Assembly (NCBI GenBank): GCA_963748015.1
Contig: CAVVHE010000004.1
Span: forward strand, 1,344,001 to 1,408,000
DNA: 64,000 nucleotides
Direction of reading: 5' to 3'
From: Terriglobia bacterium
Lineage (GTDB): Bacteria; Acidobacteriota; Polarisedimenticolia; Polarisedimenticolales; JAIQFR01
Position numbers and translations under genes: made by a program. The first letter of the stretch is position 1, and each line of letters starts with the position of its first letter. Of this stretch, positions 1 to 11,591 are shown one piece after another. The notes beneath the pieces were generated by a model, which was not told where the DNA came from, did not search any database, and saw nothing but the letters and a program-made list of their open reading frames with translations.

Positions 1-853
1 CCCATGCGCCGCCGTCCCATTCCCAAGTGTCGCCGAGAGGCGCGTCGCCGTCGTACCCTCCGAAGAGCACCACCCGCCCTCTCGGGCTCTCGTACGCCAT
101 CCCGTGCCAGAGGCGGCCCGGCGGGCTCGCCGTGGGCGTCCGATCGGTCCAGGAAGCGCCATCCCACTCCCAGGTATCGGAGAGGTACCGGTCGGACCCG
201 TCGTACGCGTGTCCCCCGAAGAGCACGACGCGTCCCCGCGCGCCGTCGTAGGTCATGGCGGCGTACTCGCGGGGAGGAGGGCCGGCCAAGGCATCCCGCT
301 CGACCCAGTCGCTCCCGTCCCATTCCCACGTGTCCGCGAGGTTGCCGGCGGCTCCGGCGCCGCCGAAGAGCACGACGCGGCCGCGCGTTGCGTCGTAGGC
401 CATGGCGGGCCCGTAGCGAGCCGCAGGGCTCGTGGCGGGCGCTCGCTCGACCCAGGCGCTCCCGTCCCACTCCCACGTGTCGCCGAGGCTACGACCGGAG
501 TAGAACTCGTACCCGCCGAAGAGCACGACGCGGCCGCGCGCCGCGTCGTACGCCATGCCGTGCCCGAAGCGGGCCGGCGGGCTGCTCGCGGGGGTTCGCT
601 CGACCCAGGCGCTCCCGGTCCACTCCCACGTGTCGCCGAAATCGAAGACGTCGTACTCGTTGGCGCCGCCGAACAGGACTACGCGACCCCGGGCCGCGTC
701 GTACGCCATCGCGTGACCTTCGCGTAACGCGGGGCTGGCGGCTCCGCTCGCCAGAACCCAGTCCGGCGCGGCAGGCGGCGCGGCAACCCTCGCGTGCGCC
801 GCGAGCGGCAGCGCCGCCAGGACGAGCGCCATCGTCAAGACCGCTTTTCGCAT
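1..853 (-). CDS. Secreted Kelch-like (TWEWDG-repeat) beta-propeller protein, 3' end outside the window
   Basis: Not in the ORF track; translated by hand from ATG 853. Signal peptide MRKAVLTMALVLAALPLAAHA followed by repeats of HAMAYDAARGRVVLFGG...GDTWEW(T/D)G; the frame is open to the window edge. Confidence 0.85.
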   Translation of the reverse strand, partial: MRKAVLTMALVLAALPLAAHARVAAPPAAPDWVLASGAASPALREGHAMAYDAARGRVVLFGGANEYDVFDFGDTWEWTGSAWVERTPASSPPARFGHGMAYDAARGRVVLFGGYEFYSGRSLGDTWEWDGSAWVERAPATSPAARYGPAMAYDATRGRVVLFGGAGAAGNLADTWEWDGSDWVERDALAGPPPREYAAMTYDGARGRVVLFGGHAYDGSDRYLSDTWEWDGASWTDRTPTASPPGRLWHGMAYESPRGRVVLFGGYDGDAPLGDTWEWDGGAW

Positions 854-957
854 CAGGGCTCCCGGGACCCGCGCACCCTCCTCCTAGTACGGGCCTCGGC
901 CCCCGGCGTCAAGGCAAAAGCGGCGTGGAGTCGCGGGCGGGGCGGCCGCGCGAGCGG

Positions 958-1920
958 TTAGCGGACCGACACCTGGAGGTCGAGGGTAACGATCTCCATC
1001 CGGCTCCCGCCGGAGTCCCAGGCCATGGCCCGGTCGAAGCGCAGCGTGGTCTCCCCCGGAGCCACCGCCATGAGACGAATTCGGGCAAGAACCCCCGATC
1101 CTGCAACGCCTCGCGCTCGATCGGCGCGGCCGATTCCGACCGCGACATCGCCCGGCCGCGCCTGCCCGTTCGCGATGAAGATCGCGGGGCTGCCATCCTG
1201 GCTGAGGAATTCGCCCTGCAGGGCGTTGACGAACTGGAACACGGCGGGGTCGAAGAGCAGGTGGAACGGAGCGTCCACAACGCCGGAGTCCGTTTCCGCG
1301 ACGACCTCGACCGTCAGAATCTCGCCGATCCCGAGCTGGGACGAGGTGGCCGCCGCTCGAATCGTGACGCGTCCCTTCCCCTCCGGTGCGGCAGCGGCAG
1401 GCGGCGCCGCTGGGGCCGGCGACCCGGTCTCGCTGGGGGACGGTAGCCTCCCGGCGGACACCGCCCGCGGCGCGGTCTTCTCCGGCTTGGGTGACACGGG
1501 AACCGTACGCAGAATCACGCCTCCGGCGGGCCGCTCTTGCGGTCGAGGATCGTTCGAAGGCGGAGCGCCAGCCGGCTGGCTTGACGACTGCGCGCCGGAT
1601 TTCGTGCGTTCCGGAGGTGCTGATGGCCCCGGCGCGGATCGGCTCGAGCTCGCGGAATTCGCCTGTCCCTGGTCCCCCGAAGCTACGGCATTCGACGTGG
1701 CCGATTCGGCACCCGCCCTCGAGGCCGCATCGTCTTGTTCCCGGCTCCGCGCGGCTCCGGCGGACGAGGATGCTTCCGTCGACTCGGACCGCCCCGCCGC
1801 CTCGGATGGCCCTCGCTGTGCCGTCCGGCTCACACACGCGGCGGCACAACCGAGAAGGCATGCCGCGAGACCGAGCGCGCGAAGCGCTCTTCCGGAGGCG
1901 CCCGCGAACGTCCACCTCAT
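958..1920 (-). CDS. Exported protein with a long S/A/P-rich linker and a C-terminal cohesin-like domain
   Basis: Hydrophobic N-terminus with Cys (LLGC/AAAC, possible lipobox). C-terminal GEILTVEV..APFHLLFDPAVFQFVNALQGEFL..GSGVLARIRLMAVAPGETTLRF matches the cohesin pattern. Confidence 0.75.
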   Translation of the reverse strand: MRWTFAGASGRALRALGLAACLLGCAAACVSRTAQRGPSEAAGRSESTEASSSAGAARSREQDDAASRAGAESATSNAVASGDQGQANSASSSRSAPGPSAPPERTKSGAQSSSQPAGAPPSNDPRPQERPAGGVILRTVPVSPKPEKTAPRAVSAGRLPSPSETGSPAPAAPPAAAAPEGKGRVTIRAAATSSQLGIGEILTVEVVAETDSGVVDAPFHLLFDPAVFQFVNALQGEFLSQDGSPAIFIANGQARPGDVAVGIGRADRARGVAGSGVLARIRLMAVAPGETTLRFDRAMAWDSGGSRMEIVTLDLQVSVR

Positions 1921-1939
1921 CCCAACTGCCCCGTCATGC

Positions 1940-2533
1940 TCACGAATAGGACAGCGAGAGCCCGTCCTTGAAAATGATCCCGCCGATCTTCGCCCCGGTC
2001 GGACTCACGGCTTCCGCGTTCTCGAAGCGCAGCGGCAGCGGGCCGACCGTCTGCGTTCCGACCAGCCTGAACGAGAGCCGCAGGACGAGGTTCTGCGGGT
2101 CGATTCCACCGACCCCGCCGCTCGGTCCGCCGCGGTGAATTCCCACGACGACGCGCCCCGGGTCCCCGCTCGAGGCCTCCGCGGCGAGCAGCGGGGTGAC
2201 GCCGCCCTGATCGAGAAGCGTTCCCTGTGCCGCGCTGCCGTCAACGAAGACGACTTTCGTCGAGTCGAACACGATGTCGAAGTTGAAGCCCTCGATGTTC
2301 GAGACGCCCGTCGGTCCGCCGACCACCACCTCGACCAATTCCGTCGTCGAGTCGACCTTTCCAGCGCAGGCGAGAACGACCTCGTTCGCCACGGGTTCGC
2401 TCGAAGAGCATTGAAGGGCCGGAGGCGCGGTCCCGCCGCCGCCGCAGGACGAGGCGAGGATCACGCCGAGAATTGCGACGGGAATTCCGGCGACTCCCCT
2501 GCCGAAGGGGTCCTGGTTCCGCATGCGCCTCAT
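1940..2533 (-). CDS. Cohesin-like domain lipoprotein
   Basis: Lipobox-like ILASSC-GGGG, then GFNFDIVFDSTKVVFVDGSAAQGTLL..PGRVVVGIHR..LRLSFR..LRF cohesin-like pattern. The start may be 2524. Confidence 0.7.
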   Translation of the reverse strand: MRRMRNQDPFGRGVAGIPVAILGVILASSCGGGGTAPPALQCSSSEPVANEVVLACAGKVDSTTELVEVVVGGPTGVSNIEGFNFDIVFDSTKVVFVDGSAAQGTLLDQGGVTPLLAAEASSGDPGRVVVGIHRGGPSGGVGGIDPQNLVLRLSFRLVGTQTVGPLPLRFENAEAVSPTGAKIGGIIFKDGLSLSYS

Positions 2534-2543
2534 GGCCTGCCCC

Positions 2544-5213
2544 TCATCTCGACTTCCCGAATTCGTTCAGGAACAGATGCAGATCCTCCGCGTCCACGCA
2601 TGCTCCGCTTCCCGTCGGCACGCGATCAAGATTCGCCAGGCCGTTGTATCCCGGGTCCCCGGGGCAGAGCGCGTAGGTGCTCGCGAACACGAACAGATCC
2701 CGCCCGTCTACTCGCTCCGCCGAGAAGCCGTCGGTCGAGAGGTTGGAAGAAGCCAACAGCGAAGCCGCGTCGCAGACATTGGATTGGTCCGGGTTGTAGA
2801 TGGCGGGGCAGTTGTCGCAGGAGTCGGGCATGTCGTCGAGATCCACGCTCGGACCGAGGCTCGCCAGGCACGCGTCGATGTCCGCGCCGCAGGCCAGCTC
2901 ATCGAAAGGGTAACAGGGCCGTGACGCGAGATCGGTGATTCTCACGTACCGAGCAGATGCCAGGCGGGTAGCCGCGAGGTCGACGGGACACCCGTCCTCG
3001 GGACAGTCTCTCGCGAAGAAGTAGGACAGGTCGTCTTCGCTGACCTCGACACGAAAGTACTCGTTGACATCCTGGCTGTTCCGCCCCCTCGAGTAGACGA
3101 CGAAATCGGCCCCAGGCCCGCTCTGGATCGGCGGATCCATCGAGAGGACGATTCGACCGCCCACGCCGAGGGAAACGACCTCGCCGTCCGGAAAGCCGAG
3201 CGCTCCCATTGCCGAGGCGCTTCCCGAGTCGCCGGGCGTGAATTCGATCACGCCGCCGGCTCGCGCGCAGGCCGCGACCGGGGCGTACTCCCACGTATCG
3301 GAAACGTCGGTGCCGCCGAAGAGCACCAGGCGCTGTCTCGCGGCGTCGTATGCCAGGCCGACGTTCTGGCGGGCGGCCGGGGTCGACGGGGGCCTCGCCT
3401 GGGCCCACGTGTTTCCATCCCACTCCCACAGTTCCCCATTCTCGAAAAGCAATACGCGCTCCCGCGTGTCGTCGTACGCCATCGCGTGCCCTGCACGCCG
3501 GTAGGGGCTCGTATCGGGCGTCATTTCGAGCCAGTTGCTTCCGTCCCATTCCCAAGTGTCGCCGAGATATTCCGATTCCGTCATACCTGCGAAGAGCACG
3601 ACACGCCGGCGCGCGCCGTCGTACGCCATGGCGTGGAAGGCACGCGTCGGCGGAATCGAGACCGGCGCCATCAGCGTCCACGTGCTTCCGTCCCACTCCC
3701 ACGTGTCGGCCAGCGGTCGACATTCCCCGTCTTCACGACACCCCCCGAAGACCACGACCCTGTCTTGCCCGCTGTCGTAAGCCATCGCGTGTCCGTAGCG
3801 CGATGTTGGGCCGACGGCCGCAGTCCTGTCCATCCAGGCAATCCCGTTCCATTCCCACGTGTCTGCGAGCGGACCGCTCGATCCCCACCCTCCAAAGAGC
3901 ACCACGCGGCCGCGCCCGCTGTCGTACGCCATCGCGTGGTACCCTCGCCCGGGGGGAGATTCCGCAGGAGTCTTCTCGACCCACGCTCTTCCATCCCACT
4001 CCCAGGTGTCCGCCAGCGGACCGGTCGACCCCAAGCCTCCGAAGAGCACCACGCGGCCTCTCTTCGCGTCGTACACCAGGCCGGGAGCTACGCGGGCCGG
4101 CGGGATTGCGGTGGCGCTCCTGTCGTGCCAGGCGTTGCCGTCCCACTCCCAGGTATCGGCGAGTCCGCCGCCGCCGGCGAGAACCATGCGGCCTCTCTCG
4201 CTGTCATAGGCCATGCCGGGCGTCTCGCGGGCCGGAGGACTCACCGGGGTGTTTCTCGGCCGCCACACATCACCATTCCATTCCCACGTATCTTGGAGTG
4301 GTCCGGAGATCCCGTCACCGCCGAAGAGCAAGACGCACCGTCGCTTCGTGTCATAGGCCATCGCGTGAAGAAAGCGAGCCGGTGGACTCCCGCCGGAACT
4401 CCCTTTGGTCCACGTGCTCCCGTCCCACTCCCACATGTCGTCCAAGGCACCGGCATCGCCGAGGCCTCCGAAGAGCACCACGCGCCCCCGCGCGCCGTCG
4501 TAGGCCACGGCGTGGCCGTAGCGTGAGGACGGGCCCGCCGTGGCCGTCCTTTCGGTCCACGTGGATCCGTCCCATTCCCACGTGTCGGCCAAGGCGCCAG
4601 CCTCGCCGCGCCCTCCGAAGAGCACCACGCGCTCGCGCGTGCTGTCGTAGGCCATCGCGTGGAAGGAGCGAGGCGGGGGACTCGTGGCGGTTACCGCTCG
4701 AACCCAGTCGACGCCGTTCCACTCCCACGTGTCGGAGAGATAGTGTCGTCCGGAATCATCGTAGGAATAGTACCCACCGAACAGCACGATGCGGGCACGG
4801 GCGGTGTCGTATGCGATCGCGCAGCCGCCTCTGTGATTCGGCATGGTGGCGGCGGACGTCGCCCGCCCCCATGACGTCCCGTCCCACTCCCACGTCTCGA
4901 CAAACGGACCGCTCGCGTGCTCACCCCCGAACATCACGATGCGCCGTCGCGAGCTGTCGTAGGCCAGTGCGTTGATGCGGCTAGCAGGCGGACTCGGAGA
5001 CTCCCGCGCAAGAACCCAGTCGAGGCCCGCGAAGGACGACGTAAAGGCCTCCACGGGTCCGACCGACGATTTCGTCGGGGTGATAGCGGGCCATGGGAGG
5101 CTCGGGCGATCACTTCCAAGGACCGCGGTGGGGTCAGCGATCGAGAGCGGAATGGCGCCCCCCACCCACACCACCACCCAAACGAGCAGGCCAACGGGCA
5201 GTTGTTTTCGCAT
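2544..5213 (-). CDS. Secreted protein: 12 TWEWDG Kelch-like repeats, jelly-roll-like domain, TSP3-like repeat and dockerin-like C-terminus
   Basis: 12 repeats of AYDxxRxRxVLFGG..DTWEWDG; DDMPDSCDNCPAIYNPDQ; C-terminal RVDGRDLFVFASTY..PGYNGLANLD..VDAEDLHLFLNEFG. Confidence 0.85.
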   Translation of the reverse strand: MRKQLPVGLLVWVVVWVGGAIPLSIADPTAVLGSDRPSLPWPAITPTKSSVGPVEAFTSSFAGLDWVLARESPSPPASRINALAYDSSRRRIVMFGGEHASGPFVETWEWDGTSWGRATSAATMPNHRGGCAIAYDTARARIVLFGGYYSYDDSGRHYLSDTWEWNGVDWVRAVTATSPPPRSFHAMAYDSTRERVVLFGGRGEAGALADTWEWDGSTWTERTATAGPSSRYGHAVAYDGARGRVVLFGGLGDAGALDDMWEWDGSTWTKGSSGGSPPARFLHAMAYDTKRRCVLLFGGDGISGPLQDTWEWNGDVWRPRNTPVSPPARETPGMAYDSERGRMVLAGGGGLADTWEWDGNAWHDRSATAIPPARVAPGLVYDAKRGRVVLFGGLGSTGPLADTWEWDGRAWVEKTPAESPPGRGYHAMAYDSGRGRVVLFGGWGSSGPLADTWEWNGIAWMDRTAAVGPTSRYGHAMAYDSGQDRVVVFGGCREDGECRPLADTWEWDGSTWTLMAPVSIPPTRAFHAMAYDGARRRVVLFAGMTESEYLGDTWEWDGSNWLEMTPDTSPYRRAGHAMAYDDTRERVLLFENGELWEWDGNTWAQARPPSTPAARQNVGLAYDAARQRLVLFGGTDVSDTWEYAPVAACARAGGVIEFTPGDSGSASAMGALGFPDGEVVSLGVGGRIVLSMDPPIQSGPGADFVVYSRGRNSQDVNEYFRVEVSEDDLSYFFARDCPEDGCPVDLAATRLASARYVRITDLASRPCYPFDELACGADIDACLASLGPSVDLDDMPDSCDNCPAIYNPDQSNVCDAASLLASSNLSTDGFSAERVDGRDLFVFASTYALCPGDPGYNGLANLDRVPTGSGACVDAEDLHLFLNEFGKSR

Positions 5214-5350
5214 TCGCACCCCCGAATGCGTGCCGACCTCTGATTTAGCAGGTACGGGTCGGGGGTGCGGAAGTCAAGCGAAAAGCGACGAAGAGGGCGG
5301 CAGGCGCCGTCCATCGGGATCGACGGCTCACCGATCGGACGAGGATGAGA

Positions 5351-8091
<2,741 letters not shown>

Positions 8092-8436
8092 CAGCTAGGT
8101 TCCCGTGGGACGGCGGCCGCGCGTCGCATCGCGCGGTTCCTCCCCGAAGCATCGGTCAGTATAGGAGGCCGCCAAGTCCTTGGCTAGCAACGTCGCCTCG
8201 CCCGCGGATCGTCCTCGGCTGAGCGGGTTCTCGCCGAATGGGGACGGCAACCATGAGGTACGGACGGGGGGCTACCCGCGATCGGTCGATGTCGCGCTTG
8301 ACGGTTGCTGTCCCCTAGGGGGTCGTCTGCGAACCCGTTTCCGGCCCCCACGCCACTCCACTCCACAACACTCGGCCGAAACGATACAACAACTTCGGGG
8401 TCATGCCTCCCGGCGGAGTGGCGTGCCGTCGGGAGG

Positions 8437-8458
8437 AGTTCCCGCACAGTTCCCGCAC
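8437..8458. repeat. Tandem direct 11-mer AGTTCCCGCAC x2, immediately after an 11-bp inverted repeat (8406-8436)
   Basis: Read directly from the sequence. Confidence 0.7.
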
Positions 8459-8594
8459 GGTTGGCCTGGCCGGTGGCCGATAGTCGGAACCCGCCAGAGG
8501 CGGCAGTTCACCTGCGATCCCCAAAGGCCGCCCGAATAGCCAAACTGCCGCGCCCGCGCGCCGGAGATCCGCCCGGCCCTTCGGGTGAAGTGAC

Positions 8595-8623
8595 TTGAAA
8601 CGTCTCGTGGAGACGAGTATGAA
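8595..8623 (+). promoter_or_regulatory. Candidate sigma70 promoter with a palindromic spacer
   Basis: TTGAAA-17 bp-TATGAA; the spacer contains CGTCTC-GTG-GAGACG. Confidence 0.4.
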
Positions 8624-8708
8624 GGGCAAGAAGAAGGGCACCTGACCCAGATTTCGAGCCTTGACGTTTGACCTTGCAACCTGGTTCGCGGCTTCGGCGA
8701 GGGAATCG

Positions 8709-9005
8709 ATGGCCGTTATCGAGAGATTCCGCTTTGAATCGCGTGGTGCTTTCGGGTGCAGTAATTCGGATTACCACCTGCAGCGCCTAACGTGCTGTGG
8801 CACGTTCGTCGTGGAGGACTACGAACTGTCAGACCTGTACTTCGACCCAGGCGATCTGTCAAAGCGTATCAGCTTGCTGCGAAACAGCGACGACACCGCT
8901 CCACTCGTTTGTCCAGTCTGCGACGCTGAAGAATGGGATTTGGTCGAAGTCGAGGGATTGTCCGACGTTCCTGAACCATGGCGTTGGGCGTGTCGGCCAC
9001 AGTGA
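8709..9005 (+). CDS. Hypothetical Cys-rich protein (gene cassette 1)
   Basis: GAGGG RBS before ATG 8709; CCG and CPVC motifs; lower GC than the flanks; followed by an attC-like site. Confidence 0.7.
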   Translation: MAVIERFRFESRGAFGCSNSDYHLQRLTCCGTFVVEDYELSDLYFDPGDLSKRISLLRNSDDTAPLVCPVCDAEEWDLVEVEGLSDVPEPWRWACRPQ

Positions 9006-9010
9006 GGCCA

Positions 9011-9107
9011 GCCGAACCAGCGTTTGAAGCGGAGCGAGGCCGCCGTTTGGGTTGGGCGGGCGGCGACGTCTTTTCGGCGACCCGAGCGCCTAGCCTTTTC
9101 GTTAGGC
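9011..9107 (+). mobile_element. attC-like recombination site
   Basis: GCCGAAC-5 bp-TTTGAAGC...GCCTAGC-6 bp-GTTAGGC; 97 bp, between a stop codon and the next ATG. Confidence 0.65.
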
Positions 9108-9118
9108 GGCACCAAATC

Positions 9119-9568
9119 ATGGTTAACCGGCGGGTGATTAAGGGGGTACTGACCAACTTCCTCGGGACCTATACAAGCAGGTACTCCGATTACCACGGCT
9201 ATTGGTTGTTCGGATTCTTGGTGGACCATTTCGAAGAACTGGAGGTCGACCTGCTGAGTGAGCCGACGCCTAGCGACGGGACGGCATTCGGAACGGCGCG
9301 TAGTGTGGCGGCGACCAAGTTCCGCGATCAAGTGCAGAAAGCGAAACTGGAGTTCTCGTACCTTCGCAAGGCCAAGTTGACGATAACCCGACTGTCGGTC
9401 AATTCCCGCCTGACATTAGGCACGACCGGCAGCCTTCGTAGCGGTTACGACGTCAGGTTCTTCGCCGTAGCCGAACTGCACAACGGCAGACGCTACTTCT
9501 CCGAGAGGGTGGAGTTCATCGCCCCTCACGATCCGTCTTTCGAGCTAAGGAGTTCACGTGATGTCTAG
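9119..9568 (+). CDS. Hypothetical protein (gene cassette 2)
   Basis: ATG 11 bp after GTTAGGC; MVNRRVIKGVLTNFLGTYTSRYSDYHGYWLFG; lower GC; the stop codon lies inside the next R''-like box. Confidence 0.75.
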   Translation: MVNRRVIKGVLTNFLGTYTSRYSDYHGYWLFGFLVDHFEELEVDLLSEPTPSDGTAFGTARSVAATKFRDQVQKAKLEFSYLRKAKLTITRLSVNSRLTLGTTGSLRSGYDVRFFAVAELHNGRRYFSERVEFIAPHDPSFELRSSRDV

Positions 9569-9661
9569 TTTAGCCGTGAAGGAGCCTTCACCCGCTGTCA
9601 CGGGCCGTGCCTGCGAGCGCCCCGCGTCGGTTTGGCCCGAAGGTCACGGTCGCCGTTCGAC
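9563..9661 (+). mobile_element. Degenerate attC-like site
   Basis: GTCTAGT-5 bp-CGTGAAGG...CGGGCC/GGCCCG internal inverted repeat...GGTCACG-6 bp-GTTCGAC; 99 bp. Confidence 0.5.
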
Positions 9662-9670
9662 TACCGAGGG

Positions 9671-9889
9671 ATGAGCGTGCGAGCCACGATTTGCGTTGAT
9701 GTTGACCACGCCGACGAACACGCGCTCGTTGAGTCGTGGCTCGATCGCTGGCGCGAACGGCTGGCGTTTGTCTCGGAGAACGAAGGCTGCGGCTGTTGCT
9801 TTGATATCTGGAACGTGGATGGGCCTGCCGAGGCCATCGAGGAACTCCCAGCGGCCGTTCGTGCCGTGAGTGACTGGGCGCGAGGATAG
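9671..9889 (+). CDS. Small hypothetical protein with an EGCGCC motif (gene cassette 3)
   Basis: ATG 9 bp after GTTCGAC, with GAGGG; 72 aa with a protein-like composition. Confidence 0.7.
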   Translation: MSVRATICVDVDHADEHALVESWLDRWRERLAFVSENEGCGCCFDIWNVDGPAEAIEELPAAVRAVSDWARG

Positions 9890-10047
9890 GCATCGGCGAA
9901 ATCGCGTCGCGGGATCGCAATCCAAGCAGTTGCGCCGCCTTTCAGCACCCGTTGATGCACGTGAACAGAATTGAAGAAGGCGCACCCCGCCCGCACGATG
10001 GCTTGTCAACCCACTCCGTTTCGTCCTCCCGCGGTTGTCGAGGGCGG

Positions 10048-10656
10048 TTACGGCGGGTCGGCGGCGAGGCCGGGGGGCGGCGGGACCGGCGCGTGGATCG
10101 CGCGAAAGAACAAGCGGTCGGCCGCGCGCAGGAGGGCGCCGTCGAGCCGCGCGACGGTCCGCCGCAGCGAAAAGGGAACCCGCAGCGCGCGAAGCGCGCG
10201 GTCCACCGAGCGGTCGGCGACGGCGCTCGAGCCGGTCCAGAAGAAGTCGTGGAGAGCGAGGAGGGCGGCGTAGAGGCGCGCGCGGGGGGTCATCAGGTCG
10301 CGCCACTCCCCGTCGCGTCGCATCGCGGTGACGCGGCCGATCACGCGCGCCGGGTCCACGGGCGGATCGAGCGCGAGGACGTTGTCTCCTCTCGTCCTCA
10401 GGCACGGGCGCCCCTCGCGGTCGGTCGAGCGGAAGATCAGCCGGTGGACGGCGAGGAACTGACCCTGCCGGAAGAGCACGAGATCCCCCCGGCGGAGATC
10501 CGTCGGAGCGAAGTCCACGGAGAGCAGCGACTCCGGAGGCAGGATCGGCCTCATGCTCTCGCCGAGCACGCGGACGACCCCCAGGCGGCCCGCGTGGCCC
10601 ATGAGCGCCACGGCGGCATCCAGGAGCGGGGGATCGATACCGTTCTGGGAGTTCAT
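10048..10656 (-). CDS. S24/S26-family peptidase-like protein
   Basis: GESMRP..RRGDLVLF..VHRL..RTRGDN..DPPV..VIGRV motif set. Confidence 0.8.
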   Translation of the reverse strand: MNSQNGIDPPLLDAAVALMGHAGRLGVVRVLGESMRPILPPESLLSVDFAPTDLRRGDLVLFRQGQFLAVHRLIFRSTDREGRPCLRTRGDNVLALDPPVDPARVIGRVTAMRRDGEWRDLMTPRARLYAALLALHDFFWTGSSAVADRSVDRALRALRVPFSLRRTVARLDGALLRAADRLFFRAIHAPVPPPPGLAADPP

Positions 10657-10934
10657 GGGACCGGCCTAAAAAGCCGGCCCCCTCCGGACCCTCGGGGGGG
10701 CATGACCATCAGGTCCGGAGGGGGCGCGACACTGACCAGGAGGAGGTCATGTGTTCGCTCGGTAAGAATAGCAACTCCGGTGCCAAGCCGTGCATCTCCG
10801 AAAAACGAAGTCATTCCACCCTTTCGCCCGTCATCTGCCGCCCCGGCTGCCGTTCCGTCGCGGCCACGCTGACGCGGCACGTCAGGGCCGCGCCAGCCTG
10901 GCATACGCGCCTCGGCGACGCGCCCCGCGCCACG

Positions 10935-11591
10935 TCAGTCATCCGGATCGCCCTCGTCTTCCCGTCGGGCCAGGCGCTCCCGGATCTCGGCCTCGGCGGC
11001 CTTCAGCTCCGCCTGGAGCAGGTTGATCTTCTCCATGATCGGGTCGATCAGCTCGGCGTGGTCCAGGAGGTCCGCGTGCACGCGCCGGTCCACGCTGACC
11101 ACCCGCGCCGGTATCCCGACGACCGTGCAGTTGTCCGGAACGTCCTTCACCACCACCGAGCCCGCGCCCACCTTCACGTTCTCCCCGAGGCTGATGTCGC
11201 CGAGGACGGCCGCGCCGCACCCCACGACGACGCCGCGGAGAAGGGTCGGGTGGCGCTTCCCCTTCGCCTTGCCCGTCCCCCCCAGCGTGACCCCCTGGTA
11301 CAGGGTGCAGCCGTCTCCGATCACCGCCGTCTCTCCGATCACCGTCCCCATCCCGTGGTCGATGAAGACGTCCCGGCCGATCGTCGCGCCGGGGTGGATC
11401 TCGATCCCGGTCAGGAAGCGCGCCGCGTGAGACACCAGGCGCGCCACGGTCCAGAGGCCCAGGCGCGCGTGAAGGTAGTGCGCGACACGATGCGCCGCGA
11501 GCGCGTGCACTCCGGGGTACGCCAGCAGGATCTCGATCCACGATCGAGCCGCCGGGTCCCGCCGCCGCACGGTATCGAAGTACTTGAACAT
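10935..11591 (-). CDS. cysE: Serine O-acetyltransferase
   Basis: [43 protein letters not shown] hexapeptide region. Confidence 0.95.
   Translation of the reverse strand: MFKYFDTVRRRDPAARSWIEILLAYPGVHALAAHRVAHYLHARLGLWTVARLVSHAARFLTGIEIHPGATIGRDVFIDHGMGTVIGETAVIGDGCTLYQGVTLGGTGKAKGKRHPTLLRGVVVGCGAAVLGDISLGENVKVGAGSVVVKDVPDNCTVVGIPARVVSVDRRVHADLLDHAELIDPIMEKINLLQAELKAAEAEIRERLARREDEGDPDD

Noticed and set aside
1..5000. Regular ~145-bp DNA periodicity (cccactcccacgtgtc) suggesting a CRISPR array
   Set aside because: It is the coding repeat of the TWEWDG proteins: degenerate at third positions, and no cas genes are present.
8180..8690. Short ORFs upstream of the cassettes as an integrase remnant
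   Set aside because: No recognisable tyrosine-recombinase motifs in the frames provided.
9890..10040. A third complete attC site after cassette 3
   Set aside because: Only a weak R''-like heptamer; no matching L boxes or R' at the right spacing.
10653..10904. 83-aa ORF as a peptide precursor for the S26 peptidase
   Set aside because: No precursor-like features and no modification enzymes nearby; more likely the promoter region.
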